This document shows positions 12,932-26,636 of a stretch of 64,000 nucleotides of DNA, piece by piece. The notes below the pieces were generated by a model. That model made no database searches, had not been told where the DNA came from, and was given only the letters and a program-made list of their open reading frames with translations. The position numbers and the translations under genes were made by a program. The stretch covers positions 62,001 to 126,000 of the forward strand of contig CBFFRP010000167.1 of assembly GCA_965644295.1 (NCBI GenBank), read 5' to 3'. Each line of letters opens with the position of its first letter. Positions within the stretch are counted from its first letter, which is position 1. The stretch comes from Paraphysomonas bandaiensis (Eukaryota > Protista > Chrysophyceae).

Positions 12932-14086
12932 CTAGAAGTTACAATCTTTAAACCACTGATGAGAGCGTATGGTGAGTATAGATGGGCGCTTACTAGGCAC
13001 TTCACATAATATACTCTGAATAAGATCTTGCGCGAGTGGAGATACTTCCAAACCTCTGAAAGAGAGTACACTAGATAATTTTCCTTCCATGATATCAGCG
13101 TAGTACGCGAATGCAGGGGTAGCTGCACCAAAAGGGGCCTCACCAGTTAGCATCATAAAGAGGATGACCCCTAAAGCCCACATGTCACAGAGTAGAGGAT
13201 TAAATGGGCGCGCTGTTGCGGGGCTGCCATTCTGTAACACCTCGGGGGCGATGTAATTCTTTTTCCCGTAAGAACCTTGGGGGGGTATGAGACAACAGCT
13301 TGGGGTTTTGTTATCACTTGATTGTGGCACCCGCAAACTCATTCCGAAGTCAATTAGAACAACATCGACTTTCTTTTCGTTCTCCGGGTTGAGCACAATT
13401 ATGTTTTCGCAAGAGAGATCCATATGAGCAACATTACGCGACTGCAGGTATTGAAATACGTCTAGTAGTTTCAAAAATATTCTTTTAGCTGAAGCTTCGC
13501 TCAGAGATTTATTCACAACGCAATCAAAGAGTTCACAACCCCTGTGGAACCGCATAATAGAGAAGTAGGTGTCATCATCTTCAATGCAGCATATTTGGCT
13601 CGATATATTAGGGTGATTGTTACCAATGAATTGCATTGCAGCGAATTCACTAAGGGGGTCTTCGTGACTTACAGTCTTCTCCATAGTTGCTTTGGAGTAC
13701 GTTTTCACTGCAACTTCTTGGGACATATCGTCAGGAAGCAGAAAGGTGTTGCAGTCAATTTTTTTAAGCTTTGAACCCCAGTGTACACTACCGTATACAG
13801 TATCTTTCAATACTCTGTGCTCAATGAAGAAGATAGGTCCTTCTTCAACATACAGTATCTTCCCATCCGTGATAGGATTTCCGCACGTGTCCACTACAGT
13901 TCCACTGGTGTGTGCTCTCTTCAAAATCTTTGGAGGGGGAAACTGTTCTGGAGGAGAGACATGCAGTCTTTCATCAAAGCTCCCACATTGATGCTTGTCT
14001 TCGAGTGTCATACTTTTGCTTCGAGTTGTCTTCCAGATGTAGTTATATATGAGGCGTAGAGATCCTTCAGTGACTGGTGCTTCCAT
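12932..14086 (-). CDS. CAMK-like Ser/Thr protein kinase, intronless
   Basis: Kinase motifs VAVK, HMDLSCEN, DFG, YIAPE and DMWALGVILF are all present. Confidence 0.93.
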   Translation of the reverse strand: MEAPVTEGSLRLIYNYIWKTTRSKSMTLEDKHQCGSFDERLHVSPPEQFPPPKILKRAHTSGTVVDTCGNPITDGKILYVEEGPIFFIEHRVLKDTVYGSVHWGSKLKKIDCNTFLLPDDMSQEVAVKTYSKATMEKTVSHEDPLSEFAAMQFIGNNHPNISSQICCIEDDDTYFSIMRFHRGCELFDCVVNKSLSEASAKRIFLKLLDVFQYLQSRNVAHMDLSCENIIVLNPENEKKVDVVLIDFGMSLRVPQSSDNKTPSCCLIPPQGSYGKKNYIAPEVLQNGSPATARPFNPLLCDMWALGVILFMMLTGEAPFGAATPAFAYYADIMEGKLSSVLSFRGLEVSPLAQDLIQSILCEVPSKRPSILTIRSHQWFKDCNF

Positions 14087-14844
14087 TGTTATTTACGTCA
14101 GTGCGCATACAAAGATAGTGTAATTCACGTTGAAATAATAGTTTATAACTCTTGTGATGTCGCACAATGATGCAGCGTTAGTCTTCTGAATTCAACTGCC
14201 AGCATCATCTATCTGCAGTTGGATATCTATGAGCGATATGTCAGACGAGATTATTCCACACCAGAAACTTCCATCTTCTCGATCACATTGGAAGGACATC
14301 ACGAGTAGCAGTGAGCATAGCAATGGATTTCCAAACTGAAATAGGATGATATTCTATCCCATATATGGGACAAAACATTTCTTCTGACGTATACCACGTA
14401 TACCAGTATATGATGTAGAATATTGTGTATAGAATATTCAATGGAATTCCTACCATCAATGATGTAGTCTCACTGTATACAAGAATACAATTGTGTATGG
14501 TGGGCACATGACTACAGAGTGTAGTCTTGTGGCGAAAATTCAGTTCCAGGATTCCAGATTGAATGTACGAAGAGATGTGGTAGGTACAGCAGGAACAGCA
14601 GTGTTGGTATATGGTACATGGTAGATGGTACAGTATGTAGGGAGGTACAGTATGTTACTGTAGTTGTATATGAGGGTTGTCAATATCAATTCAATTAAAT
14701 ACTGCAGTCCTAATACTATTAACCGCGTAATACATACACTGAGAAAATCCTACGTTTCTATGTGGTCTTCTGGTACATAGAAAGTAATTCATTGAATAGA
14801 TTTGTATGTCGATAATCTGACTTCTGAACTAGACAGAGTGTGAT

Positions 14845-17062
14845 ATGTCGAACTCAGACAGGTGTGTGTCTCTCATCGTATACTCTCATTACCCCACAGA
14901 CTCACTCTATTATCTTCAGGCGAGTGTGGGCTAAGGAAGAAGATGATGCCATCCGAGCCCTTGTTGCGAAATATGGCACGAAAACATGGTCGATAATCGC
15001 GGAGCAGATAGTCAAAGAGTACGGTATTGAAGGGCGGACTGGAAAGCAGTGCCGCGAGAGATGGCACAATCACCTGGGTATATATTTAATCATGATGAAT
15101 TATGTGTGGATTAATTATGGCTGCTATAGACCCTAATATCAATAAGAATTCATGGACTGAAGAAGAAGAAAGGATAATGTCTGAAGCTCACAAGGAGCTG
15201 GGCAACCGGTGGTCAGAGATCGCAAAGCGTCTTCCTGGCCGAACCGACAACCATGTTAAAAACCACTGGTACTATAAGATGAAGTATTCTTCCTTATCTA
15301 AGATGACTTAATAGGTATTCATTCATGCGCCGAAATGTGCGCCGTCTGAACAGAGAAGTTGGAAATGTAACGGGGTCGCACACTAAAGCCGAGAAGGCAG
15401 CTGAAGGAAGTGGAAGCGACAAAGCTAACGGTGATAATTCAGTTACGAAGAAAGCTAATAAGTCTCGTAAGGCAGCAAACCTGGCAGGTATATTTCGCAA
15501 CTATTTACGTTGTTGATACATTCGTAAAACAAGTCTATTGTGGTCATGATATGCTGTGCTTGTGCTTCATCTTCATTCCTACCAAAGTACCTGCTGTAAA
15601 TGTTGAAATTTGCGTAGAATTGCAACGCTACTTCAAAGCAGCCGCCGAGGCTGCTCATGAAGTGCTTGCGGAGCAAGGGTCGTCTGGGTTGGGTACCTGT
15701 GCAGATATGGCGAAGCTGACCGAGTCTGATGGAAAGGCCTTAGACTCACCGAGTAGGATGGTGGCGCTTAATCTTGCCAATGGCAACCCTTTATTTCGGT
15801 ATATCGCTCGTAATTCATCTTACATTTGTATATCTTACCTGTGTATTCGTTTCTGCTTCAGGGAAAAGTTGAAGCAAAAGTTGGAGCTGACTGGATCCGG
15901 AATGGGTGGAGTAAGCAGTTTGGAAGGACAAAGTTTGTCCTCTTCGTTTGACTCAAGTACTGCTTCCTCAGCTGCGGTGGCTGAGGCTGTTGACAGCACG
16001 ACCAAAGCACAGGCTGCGAACAAGAAGCAGTCCAAGGTTAAGAAGGAGCAATCTTCTGAGAGCAAGAACAGTCGCCCGCCTAAACTGCGACAGAAAAAGT
16101 ATAGAGGTAGGGAAGGTGATGGAGAGAAGGATGACAGTACATCGACTGATGTAAACGGATCTATTATCAAAAGACGCAGAAAGTCGGAGCTGCAGATACA
16201 GGTGAGTGAGATAGAACCGATACAGAGGCCCATGACAATTCATGAGTAGGTGGAACCCACTGCCCCCCCTGTTGCGCCCCTGCATTCTTTAGCACTCAGT
16301 GACATGGGGCCACCAGACGACACACCTCGGAAGGCATTCAAGTTCAAGTCCGGGAAAGACTGCTTGTTGAATATTCCACTTGAGTCACCTCTTTCACTCG
16401 ATAAGCATGTTAGCTTTGACAGCACCTTTAGCGTTGCTGCCGATACACCAACGCTGTCAAAACTAATGAACCTGATCCCTCAAAATAGCTCCAAGCCAGG
16501 ATCCACACTAACTAGTGACTCTCTGCGATTTGACTTTGACGACATTGTGAAGCACTTTCCCTCGCCCCGAGCGGGCTTTCCCTCTCCGCACAATGCCGGG
16601 TTTTCCTCGCCCCGTGTCAGTGACCTCCCTTCATCTACCTGGCATGGGCTCAATTTAGACAGTACCACCAGTATAGGATCTAATATATTCAACTTCCCGG
16701 AGAGTGCCAGTGGTGTCGGTCCTGGGGTATTCAGCAGTAAGGGTGATACACCCGCTGCTTCCGCAACCACATCCAGGAGCTCGCGTGATGTGTCCACTCC
16801 AGGAAGAGCAGAGGGTGATGACTTCAACCTCGCGTTGCTCTCACCTAAGTCACCAAGGGGGTTAACACCTCTTTCTTCTACCAGTAATGAGACTCCTGGA
16901 TCGATGAATTTGATGTCTTCTAGTGGTGGATTCACGCCCACAGGTGCATGTGGCCCTGGAGGGTCGACCCCCAGCTCATTCGATGTAGGAGACCATGGGA
17001 AGACCGGTTTAGTGAAGAACCGCAGAAACACATCTACGATAGACCTTGCGGACGATGTTTAG
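14845..17062 (+). CDS. R2R3-type MYB transcription factor, multi-exon
   Basis: [39 protein letters not shown]|[42 protein letters not shown], followed by an SP/TP-rich C-terminus. Introns include 14862-14919 and 16202-16249. Confidence 0.92.
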
Positions 17063-18597
17063 GTAGCCACGATGATATAGTAGCATATGTTGTGTATCAT
17101 GCCCGCACTGACGGCTCTCGGTAGATATCTCTAGTAGTGGTATGCATTCGTTCTCATTTTCAATGTTTCGTACGCGATGATGTTGCCGTGTTGTGCTTGT
17201 TCCAGGAAGTTGTGCCATCTGTGTATAATCTATATGCGTATACTTTTCCACTGCATGCCATCACAACACTGTATTGTAATATTAAATGCTGCAGTAATTC
17301 GAACCAAATAAGTTTATGTTGCTAGCCTTGGAACCTCGTTTATATTTGAGTCGTGGCGAAGAACGGGTAATGAATCAGATAAATAATGTAGTTAGATGCG
17401 CACAAAATGACGACGCCTCGGAAATCGATGCACAATACTATTTTTCTTCTCTTTTATCTTGCAATGCTCTACGCTCCATTGTTACGTGTGTGTTAGTGTT
17501 TTAGTATTGATGTGTGCCGCAACCGCAAAATTGAAACAAAAGTAATGTCGATCATGTTCCAATTCGATATAAAAATAAATTATTAAAATATCATAAATTG
17601 TTTCAAAGATAAAGCTGATAATCTATCAGATTAAGCTGATCTGGTAAATTCATATCTACGTCATTGCTTTCATCACTAAACAGCGCCAAAAGTTTAGTTT
17701 CTACGCCAGTAAGAGTACTCTTTAATTAGATTTTTAGAATATATAGATCACTGCCCTTTAAAAGAGAGAGATAGTAGCTGCATCCGATAGTTTTCAAGCA
17801 GAGCTAATAATCCGGACATAATTTCGGCTTCACCAAGATTATTCCATTAGACTCTGGTATTTGTGATATACTACTGTGTGTCAGCATAGAACGTAGTATT
17901 GCTGGCGTCCTCATCGAATTAGCATCAGAAAACTCTAAGACAAGCTATGACACCCTTCTATTCCAATGAACTCTCCATATTTTGAAGAGTTTTCAGAGAA
18001 GATTCAGCTTACAGTTTAAGAGATGATAATAGCATACAAATAGGAGTAAAATGATCGCCCCACCCCCTCACCCAGAGCTGTTTCTTTAGTTGCTCCAGCT
18101 GACGCTCTCTTAGCAGCATTATTCTCTCTCTGATATATCGTAACATCCTTCTAACTATGAGACATCAGATAACTGTAATTACAGTAATGTTTGAATCCAT
18201 TACGCATTGATCACATTATCTATATGCTACTGGTGCTCACCATCATCAAAGGGGGGCGATGACTTGATCTGGAGGACAAAGGCACTTGTTCCTCGTACTG
18301 TACCATATGGGGTGTACTACTGTACTGCAGTACTGTACTCTAGTACTGTACTTCTATATCGATGCTGTACATCTCCATGTACATGGTACAGCAGTATGTT
18401 CCTATTCTGCACATAGATGTACAGCAGTGCGGTACATGGAGATACATATGCAGTGCAGTCATATGTGGCTCACATGAATTAAACTAACCCTCATCTCAAT
18501 GCTCTATCTTCCAACCCCATGCCGCATATATCTCGGTATCTTATGAGTGTATATTAACAGCCCATATCATAGTGCAGGCACGTATACATGAGATGAG

Positions 18598-21500
18598 ATG
18601 AGGGGCTTATCTCTGACACTGTCGTTATTAGTATCACTATCAGCTCTGTTAGTGCATCCTATACACTCAGACACACACTCACACATCAATGTCAATAACA
18701 GAAACACTACCATGGAATCAGATGATCCCCCGTCTGTGGGTTCAGTCTCATTCACTCCTGTTGAAGACGAGTAAGTGTTACAACATATACACATATGCTC
18801 ATTTGATATATAATACTCTGCTGCTATTACACAGACATATACTCAGTGTCACAGTCAGAATATATTGCCCAGCTGAAGGTGCTGTGATATATTACACAGT
18901 GGATGGCAGTGAACCGAGCCCAGAGTCCTTGTCTATTTCATCTGGCCAAGTTGTAGTAATTGACACAATAGGAGATGTTCCCGTACGCGCATATTGTCAT
19001 GCCGATGGGATGTTAGATAGTGATATAGCGGACAAAACCTACCATGTGCTTGAACGGTGTAGCAAACCCTCCATATTTCCCAATGGTGGTACTTTCGCAG
19101 GATCTGTATCTGTGGAGCTCAGCTCGTCCACCCCTGAATCAAGCGTATATTACACACTCGATGATAGCTCACCACGCGAGGGCGGAAGCGGCAGCTTATA
19201 CTCAGCTATCGATGGTCTCACATTGTCCCGTACAGCTACTCTTAAGGCTGTTGCAGTAAAGAATGGTCTGGCCCCCTCTCCCATTGCAACTGCACGGTTT
19301 GTTCTTTTGCCCAAAGTGGCCAACCCTGTCATTCTACCCACTACAACTGTGTTTGCTATATCTGCGACTCTGACAATTACATGCGCGACTCCAAATGCTA
19401 CCGTGTACTATACTACAGACGGAACGAACCCTACTCTTTCGTCGTTAGTGGTGGACTCGTTGTCCCATGAGGTTATTATAGACACTCCTGGTCAGCACAC
19501 GATCAAAGTGATGGCTACAGTAGAAAGCATGCTGGCAAGTGATGTCATCACAAAGGATTTTACAATCCTGACCCGCGCGTCGCCACCTGAGCTGCTTCCA
19601 GCACCTGCAACATTTATCAAGCAAGTGGCAATCACACTTTCCTGTGAGGTGGGAGTAGAGGGGATAGTGTACTATACTACTGATGGTCTCACTACCCCCT
19701 CTGCCCAGTCGCCGCATGTTAACTGTGGGGGGGAGATTCTGCTTACTGGACCTGGAAAGTTTGTCATTAGAGCATTTGTGAGTGTGGATCATAAGAGTCC
19801 GTCGGCAATTGTTGAGGGAAACTACGTGGTGTTGCGTCCACCGTATGATACGTATCCCGTACTCAGGAATGTCACTCTGCAAGCCCGCCCAATGGTGGAT
19901 GTGTCCGTAGTCGCTAAAACCTTGCCCCACCCAGCATACACACAAAAGAGGTTCGATTTTTTTTTTCCTCTATAAAAATTAACTCGTGTTTTTCGAGCAG
20001 GTATTGCCCAGATAGAGATGTTAGGGGGCGTTTAGTGGTGCTTCACAATCCAGTGGGTCACTTCGATTTTCTGCAACCGGCTGGAGGGTGTGGTAGCGGC
20101 CTATCATTGCCTTCTGTATCTGGTCAACAAACCGTACCATCACCCCTACCATCCCATATTGAGTTCTATCAAGACGATATATCCGCGGCCTTGCCGGAGC
20201 AGATTCGGGATATGGAGTTAGAGTACAATGCCGCCAGTGTGAAAGGATGTGAGGTGGTACTTAACGCCGGATTCTTTAATATCACTAGCACTGCTTGCTT
20301 TGGAGATATTGTTACGGCTGGTGAAGTGGTGCAGACGTCCAACAAACACTCGGTGAATTTTGGAATAAGAAATGGTGAGTATGTTGTCGGGCATGTCGAC
20401 AGCGAAGAAGTAACCGGGGAGAGCAACAATACTGAGTGGACAGGATTCGACACTTTGGTGTCGGGAATAGTGTGGCTGGTACGGGATGGCAAAGTGTTCG
20501 TCGATGAGAGTCTTCATCCAGAGTTCGGCGAGGCAGAGGATATGTCTGGGCAGACAGCGGGATCCAGTTTTGCAACGGTACTGTCAGCTAGAACCGCCAT
20601 TGGTCACGACAAAGAAGGGCGACTTCTATTTCTCCAAGTTGAGGGAGAGACTTGGGTCAGAGGGATGTCGCTGTACGAGTTTGCTGAGTTTGCTGTTGAG
20701 CTAGGATTTGTGTCAGCCATTAATCTAGATGGGGGTGGGAGCGCGACGATGACTGTCAACAACACACTTGTCTCAGAGCCGTCGTGGAAGTGCACTCATG
20801 TTGATGCCATGCGTGAGTTTGTGTCTTCCGAGGCACGACATGCGGAGGGTCTCTATGACACGGATGGGGCGGTGTATAGAACGATGTTTAAAGGGTTGGA
20901 AGGTAAGAAAAACGTAGCGGTGACTGCGGTGGATGGAGACGGGTTCAAGTACTGTGAGAAACCGGTGGCATCTGTTGCTTGCATTCACTCTATGGCACCT
21001 CCGTACTACCATTCTCCAGCGAAGGGTGGCAGTTCGTTGCCCTCCCTGGCCCCAAGTTTGTCACCGAAGGATAATACACACACAAGTCATCCAAGTGTTG
21101 CTATTGAGAGTGACGATGACGTCAATGGATATGTTGTAGATCCTGGCAATGACATTTTAGAACCGACTATGCCTCCCACGTGGCGAGATGAAGCAGGCGT
21201 TGGAAACGCTTCTGTATCACGTCTTCAGGCGGCTTATGATATGCTGCTGGAATCAGAGAACTTTTACCGCACTCTGTGCTATATTCTTTCGATGACCCTT
21301 GCCCTTTCCTTCTGTATCCATTTAGTTGTCTGCTGGATGGCACGCCCGCTGCGCGGAAAACCATCATCACTGGTGACGGATAGCGATAAAGAAAGTCTTG
21401 CATCGAGCACACCACTAAGCGTCTCAACCTCCTCTTATTACCGATCAGAGGACGCTAATATGGAACAGCTTGAACAAGGTGACGGAAGAGGTGTTATGAT

Positions 21501-21978
21501 GACAACACAGATGCGCGACCGACTTGTACCTCACGAGAACGGGTCGAATGCGATGACTTCAGCTGCTGGAGCATCTTGGCAAGAAAAGATATCGAAAATT
21601 GATTTCAGTAATCAGGGATCGAGTGATGACGACTTAGAGTGTATTGGAAGTATGCACCCCCTGGTTCTAGACGAGGACGAGAGCGATGTCACAGAAACTG
21701 CGGGTTTAGTTCGCCACCACACCCCTGTTAGGGATAGTAATAAGAAGAGTATTTACAGCTCATCTGCTAGAAAAACCTCAAAGAAAAAAATATCAAGGGA
21801 CGAGGAGGATTTTGGTGATATATATGTTGCAGAGCCTAGTGAATCCGGTAGCTGGTTCAGAAGGAAAAAAAAGAAAGGCGATAGGAAGAAAAAGTCAGTG
21901 ACAATTGATAGAAGTGACTACGATGACGAATGTGCTTCGAACGAAGAAACAGCATTGACGTCGTCATATGACACATAG
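18598..21978 (+). CDS. NAGPA: Type I membrane NAGPA-like phosphodiester glycosidase with four Fn3-associated/chitobiase C-terminal-like repeats, 3 exons
   Basis: Signal peptide MRGLSLTLSLLVSLSALLVHP; four YYTxDG/DxxP repeats; catalytic-family motifs LNAGFFN, ARTAIGHDKEGRL and AINLDGGGSAT; TM segment LCYILSMTLALSFCIHLVVCWM; acidic/basic tail. Introns about 18771-18834 and 19951-20000. Confidence 0.85.
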
Positions 21979-22725
21979 TTTTGACGTCTCTGTATGACAA
22001 GTCACACAAATACAGGGATTCGTTGTATATAAATAGTTTGGTTTCAACGTGTTTTGTGCGGGAGAAAGTATCCAGGCATTTATTTCTAATTACTTCTTTC
22101 TAATTTCAATTTTTATTCTGACCAAATGAGCTTTGTATAGTGCTTATTCGCTAGATCAGAAGTTATATTCGCAATTTTCCCGCACGTTCTCTTAGGTGCT
22201 GTTTACAAAGAGAGAATTGGGATGTAATATGTAACTACAGAATACATATGAATATGTAGGATAATAGGAAGTCTGAAGTGACACTTCACTGTCTGAGAAT
22301 TGTAATTGATAGTCATTTTTCAAGTACAGTACTTACTTCAAAATTTGAAAAAATGCAGCACCACATACATGCAATATATTGTTCTTCCCTAGCCGGTTGC
22401 TGTGTCCGCAGTCGAAAGGGAAAAGCAATATTGAGTATATACAATATACAACTAATTCTGATTTCATATTTCATGGTTCCCACTTTCCCACAACCGTGTG
22501 GAAACGAAATACGAAGCATGTTCGTTGAGGTACAGCCAATACAAGTTAAAATTCTTCTTACTACATTTTCAAAATTGACGGACACATATGGGAACGTTGT
22601 AAAACCGTCCAGCAAACATACATTTCAGCATGCTTATTAACGCTAGAAAAATATTTTATGTTGCTTGCACACCATTTCAACATCACCAAAAAATATAGTA
22701 GATATATTCCGCCACCCTAACAGCT

Positions 22726-23682
22726 TTAAGTGGATTCGGTGAAAAGGCCTTTGCGAACAGAAGGCATCACGTCGTGATAGGCTATCTCCAATCGTCTGCA
22801 TCCACACAATTAACAGGGCGGCGTAAAACGGTAAGACACTTACTCGTCAAGGGTCTGATTTAGTACAATACGGTTGTCACAGGCTGTCAGAATGACTCCT
22901 CCAGAACTGTGATAATGCGGTTATAGTAATGAAAGAGAATTAAGGATGCACATACCAAGATTTGCTCGGGAGAGGTGTTTCGCTGACAGTAACCTGCGGT
23001 TTTACTTGGTGCCCTGCGGCGGTCATAATAGTCTTGAATTCCTTGGTAGCCTCGGTAAGCTGAGAAATGCATTAAGAATGAGAAAAGATGGTCTGACATA
23101 GTGGCAACAATACCACTCCACGGATAAGAGCTTTGTCTTCAGACCGGCAGCTGATCTGAACAACAGGCTCTTCAATCTTGATGAGGCCCTGAATAATAAG
23201 CTGTTTCAGCAGTTGTGTATATTGAGGTGTCTGGGTGATCTGAGCTAGCTTAGCGGTACTCTCCCGCTTAAGTGTCTGATGAAATCGTAACGCAAAACAT
23301 CACAACGTTCGATAATACATACATCTAGCAGTTCATCTCTAGCTTTCATTTTTTTCACTCGTGCGTTGCCAATTGCAGCTGATCTTTCCCTGTTAAAAAA
23401 TGATGACTGTGATGATCGGCATATCAACATATCCACATACACTCTCTGCTGTATCTCGAGGTCCTTCTCCTTCTGTGCAAACTCCTCTTGAATCTTAATT
23501 TTTCCGTTATGAACAAGCATCTGTTTCTCGAGGTTGAAGTCGTGTTCTGTCTACTGAATCTATTAGCTGTATATATATATATGAGCGGGCTGTACCTTTA
23601 TACGGATCTCGTTCACCTTCTCATGCGCCTCCTGCATGATAAAGTTAACCATCTGCTTGATCTGGCGACTCGTGTCTGTCAT
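22726..23682 (-). CDS. ATP6V1E: V-type proton ATPase subunit E, multi-exon
   Basis: MTDTSRQIKQMVNFIMQEAHEKVNEIRIKTEHDFNLEKQ..ARVKKMKARDELL..LLKQLIIQGLIKIEE..CDNRIVLNQTLDERLEIAY. Confidence 0.95.
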
Positions 23683-25010
23683 GATTATAATCAGGTTGGG
23701 GGTATGAGGGCGTAAGTGTCTTTAGAGGTGATGTAATGTGATGCTGATCTTATCTTGATACACACACACTGCATATGTACCATATACGTACAGATCTCGA
23801 CTATACATACTTGCAGCTATACCATATAGAGCCCAATACGCCCATATATCTATACACACACCCCACACACAATTTTTTTGTATACGTATATCACACCAAA
23901 AACATGATGGCTGTATTCTTGTAGTGTTGTGTGTTGCAACAATTATACTAAAATACAGAAATCTTCAAAAGACTTTTCAGTTTTTCAGATAGTGATTCTC
24001 AGCTTCAATCCAATGACTGATCAAACTAAGTCAATATAGAGGTCATTAGCATATATATACGCAGAATAAGAGTGAAATTGCAACTTTTTTCATCTATTCA
24101 TGGTTCATGTAGGGGATTTCTTCGGGCTCCAGGTCAACGAATTACCACCTGTGCAAGTAATAGTCCGTTTAATGCATTTGAGTGAACTCACAACCTTTTC
24201 TCTATAGCGCCTACAAATCATTCATATTTAATATATAGGCTATTTAGTAACAGTAGTATGGTGGCCATGGATGTCTTATATAGCCAGCTATTCCAGAAAA
24301 TTAACGCAATACTAACTTTGAAAGATAATATATCATACTCTGACGAATTAGCTTTGTGTTTGGCACTTGTGCGCAAATCAATGTATATACGCTAATAGTT
24401 TATAATTTATTTCTGCGGCCCGTCGTTACTCTTTCAACATTATTTATAATTAGCTGGAGCTATTTTAATTAAGACACTGGGGTAAGGAATACACTAATAC
24501 TGCCTACTCTGACGAATGAAAAATAATACCAATAACCCACTGAGCAATTCGGCACAAACAAAAATATTCTGTTCAAAAAATGAATGATCTACTTGAACGG
24601 TGAATATCTCCCGATGTTGATATGTACAATATACCTTAATTTATCAATCTGTCCCTTTTTCGTAATTTATGACTCCGATCTCGTGACTCTAAAATATATA
24701 ATGCAGCTGTATATGAGAATTATTTGTGCCAAATAGTTGAATTATTTATTAGTTTGACGATGTCAATTCTACAATTCATATTAACTAGGTTCAGTAGCAC
24801 ATTTCTATATTGCAAGCAAGAATACGTCTGCTATCTTATTGAATAGATGGGAAAAGTATGCTATCCTGTTCGAGTGGAAACTTTACCACAGAACTAATCC
24901 TCTATTTAACATTTTCAGAATAACTCAGTCACGACTGTAGGTACGCTATTTCTACATTAGGAAAATGTCGCTACTTAAAATGATAGACGGATATATACGC
25001 CACGGCTAAA

Positions 25011-25923
25011 TTAATAGAACAGCATCTGTGGAAGCTCTAGAATGCGCTCTTCTATTACACTTTCTGCCGTATCCCTATCTGCTCTAATAGCATCCACAAT
25101 TAGTGATCGTAGCTCCATGTGGCTTCGTGGACCTAGCATCCAGAAATTCCTATCGTCCCTCTGAATTCTAAATCAGTCCCATCATTAACTGCTCTGTGTG
25201 ATAATACCTGCAGCCAATTGTCTTCGTGCATCCGAAACAGAAAACGCTCCGCGTCTCTGTTGGTCCAATCATATCCCTTCTCATGTGCCCTCAGATTATG
25301 AATGGTGTATGTGCTGGAATGGGAAAACAGAGTCAGCAAACGACGCATATAGAAATTGCACATGCCTCAGATGTTTCTCTGTCGCCAGAGCCCTGCACAC
25401 ACTCTTGAAAAATTGAAGCTCTCTAATACAAAAAATTATTCCTCTAATAAAGAACTTGATTTACACATACACTACGGAATAAGGAGATCCGTAAGTAGTC
25501 GCGACATAATCGTCATCCTGACAGTTGCCACATTATTCATTCAATAAAGAATAAAAAAATTACCATATTCGCAGCCCCATGAAACACAGTAACTCCATTG
25601 TCACTAGGCATTCGCAATGTCCGTACCGAAAACCCAAGTGGGTAGAGTATTCTGTTAATTTTTTCGAAAGTGCCTTTCAAGGGATCGTGTCCTAACAAGT
25701 AATAAGAAACCATGCACTTCTCCACTGCATCACATCACTCACCATCGAGAGATATTTTATCAGTAAAATCATTGTTTAACTCAGCAATATATGTCTTGAG
25801 TACGCTGTCTTCGACCATCCCCAGAGACTGTGAGATATAATGAACGGTATTATCATCGACACGAATCGCACTACTCACCATAAGTATCTGCGCAACTGCC
25901 TTCTCGATATCTAATAATGACAT
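25011..25923 (-). CDS. NSE1: NSE1-like (SMC5/6 non-SMC element 1) winged-helix protein, apparently without the C-terminal RING, multi-exon
   Basis: FEKINRILYPLGFSVR..FHGAANM..AERFLFRMHEDNWL..GPRSHMELRSLI resembles the Nse1 WH domains (LGPRxxxEL). The protein ends ERILELPQMLFY* at 25011. Confidence 0.65.
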
Positions 25924-26636
25924 GATACCCTGATATTTCAATCCAGATCAACAGCTAATAAGTGCCATGCAGAGGTACTTTCACATATAAATATCTACTC
26001 ACTGCCTTTCTAGCTACTCTCGTCAATCATATACATATATGGTACGTCGAGCAGTATATGGAACACTGTACGACACTATGGACATAAAAATCGTATACAC
26101 AGGAAGTGGATGAAACTGAAAACTGAACCTATTGAAGATACTCTTCGGATACTGATTTAAAATCAGAAAATACACACAAAAGTATCCAGAATTGGACAAA
26201 AAAAGCCCCTCTATTTTTCCTGTTATTTAATATTTCTCTGGTTTTTACGAAGTAGAATAGATTTTTACAGGATTTCAACAGATTTTCTTGTTCAACGAAA
26301 TTTAATTTAAAAAAATTTAGTTATAAAAAATGCGTAACTAGTTTGATGCACTCAAAAAACTATGACAAGGACATTTTTGGGGCGTTTTTTTCCAAGATCT
26401 TGAATCTGAAATACGCTTCCCTTCTATACTTCTGTATTACGTATGAAATACCACAGTATGATACTATCCAAATGGTATGATCCGCATACCATACTATACA
26501 TACAGCTATACATCTATATACATAGCATACATACATACACATCCACAGGCTGTACCATACAAATAGATATAGATACCGATCAGAGACATCAGCGTGTCAT
26601 CTCATGCCTTATTACTCATACTCTGTGTGAGTTTCA

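Noticed and set aside
16247-16252. TAG immediately followed by an in-frame ORF in the MYB gene, suggesting readthrough or codon reassignment
   Set aside because: The TAG is the 3' splice site of intron 16202-16249 (GTGAGT...TAG).
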